From: an uncultured bacterium
GTDB taxonomy: Bacteria; Hydrothermota; UBA3073; NMUJ01; CBEVQO01
Length of the DNA stretch: 64,000 bases
Reading direction: 5' to 3'
Assembly (NCBI GenBank): GCA_965552055.1
Contig: CBEVQO010000001.1
Coordinates: 320,001 to 384,000 of the forward strand
A program made the translations under genes and the position numbers. Positions 63,349 to 64,000 of this stretch are shown here, in pieces. The notes below the pieces were generated by a model. The model was not told the DNA's origin and ran no database searches. It saw only the letters and a list, made by a program, of their open reading frames with translations. Positions within the stretch are counted from its first letter, which is position 1; every line of letters starts with the position of its first letter.

Positions 63349-64000
63349 ATGGAAAATAAAAAATTAAAACTCGGAAAAAACATATTATCTCTCGGAATCA
63401 CAAGCTTCTTCACCGATATGTCCACCGAAATGATTTATCCACTACTGCCGATGTTCCTGTCAGAAACCCTTGGACTTACAAAATCCTTCATCGGAATAAT
63501 CGAAGGAGCAGGTGAAAGCATCGCAAATGTCTTGAAAATATTTAGCGGATGGCTATCGGATAAAATAAGAAAAAGAAAATTACTCGCACTACTAGGTTAC
63601 TCCATATCTACCGCAATGAAACCACTTTTTGCCCTGATACAAACAGGCTGGCAGGCACTTATCCTGCGTGCATTCGAAAGAACAGGAAAAGGAATAAGAA
63701 CAGCTCCACGCGACGCAATAATAGCAGCATCAGTAACAGAAGATGTAAAAGGCAGAGCTTTTGGCTTCCATAGAATGATGGATACACTGGGAGCAGTAAT
63801 TGGACCCCTATTCGCAACATTATTACTCATCCATTTCCATGGAAATTACAGAAAAGTATTTCTCCTATCTGCAATACCCGCACTCATCGCAGTATTTGTA
63901 ATCGCTATCTTTGTAGAAGAAAAAATAAAAGAGAAAAAAGAAGAAATCATAGAAGAAAAATTCAAACCTTATTTTAAACTATTTTTAACATCTGCCTGTA
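63349..64000 (+). CDS. MFS transporter (runs off window)
   Basis: MENKKLKLGKNILSLGITSFFTDMSTEMIYPLLP..SGWLSDKIRKRK..RTGKGIRTAPRDA..GRAFGFHRMMDTLGA; leaderless promoter upstream. Confidence 0.92.
   Translation, partial: MENKKLKLGKNILSLGITSFFTDMSTEMIYPLLPMFLSETLGLTKSFIGIIEGAGESIANVLKIFSGWLSDKIRKRKLLALLGYSISTAMKPLFALIQTGWQALILRAFERTGKGIRTAPRDAIIAASVTEDVKGRAFGFHRMMDTLGAVIGPLFATLLLIHFHGNYRKVFLLSAIPALIAVFVIAIFVEEKIKEKKEEIIEEKFKPYFKLFLTSAC

Overview
AT-rich chromosomal window from a diderm bacterium. BamA, DUF2723, a T9SS/FlgD-type C-terminal sorting domain and hpt-ftsH-folP-cdaA synteny are compatible with an FCB-related lineage such as WOR-3, but taxonomy cannot be fixed from this window. It has two CRISPR-Cas loci sharing one 30-bp repeat. 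The first is a minus-strand type III-A operon (cas10 with a degenerate HD motif and intact GGDD, csm2-3-4-5) with a 39-repeat array. The second is a plus-strand type I-B operon (cas6, cas8, a separately encoded cas11-like gene, cas7, cas5, cas3, cas4, cas1, frameshifted cas2) with a 58-repeat array. The best candidate for an undescribed system is a translationally coupled four-gene module at the end of the type III-A operon: a Csm6/Csx1-like CARF-HEPN protein, two paralogous small coiled-coil proteins with hydrophobic/amphipathic N-termini, and an 897-aa protein with N-terminal membrane anchor, coiled coil, four S1-like domains resembling duplicated ribosomal protein bS1 D1-D2, CARF and HEPN. 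Repeat-variant blocks in the two inverted arrays suggest a ~43.5-kb repeat-mediated inversion (or a misjoin) that split one I-B/III-A super-locus. The rest is housekeeping genes, two tRNAs, a methyltransferase-rich variable region, tandem duplications and pseudogenes. Many genes appear leaderless behind TTGACA-N15/16-TATAAT promoters. All domain calls are by eye, without database searches.
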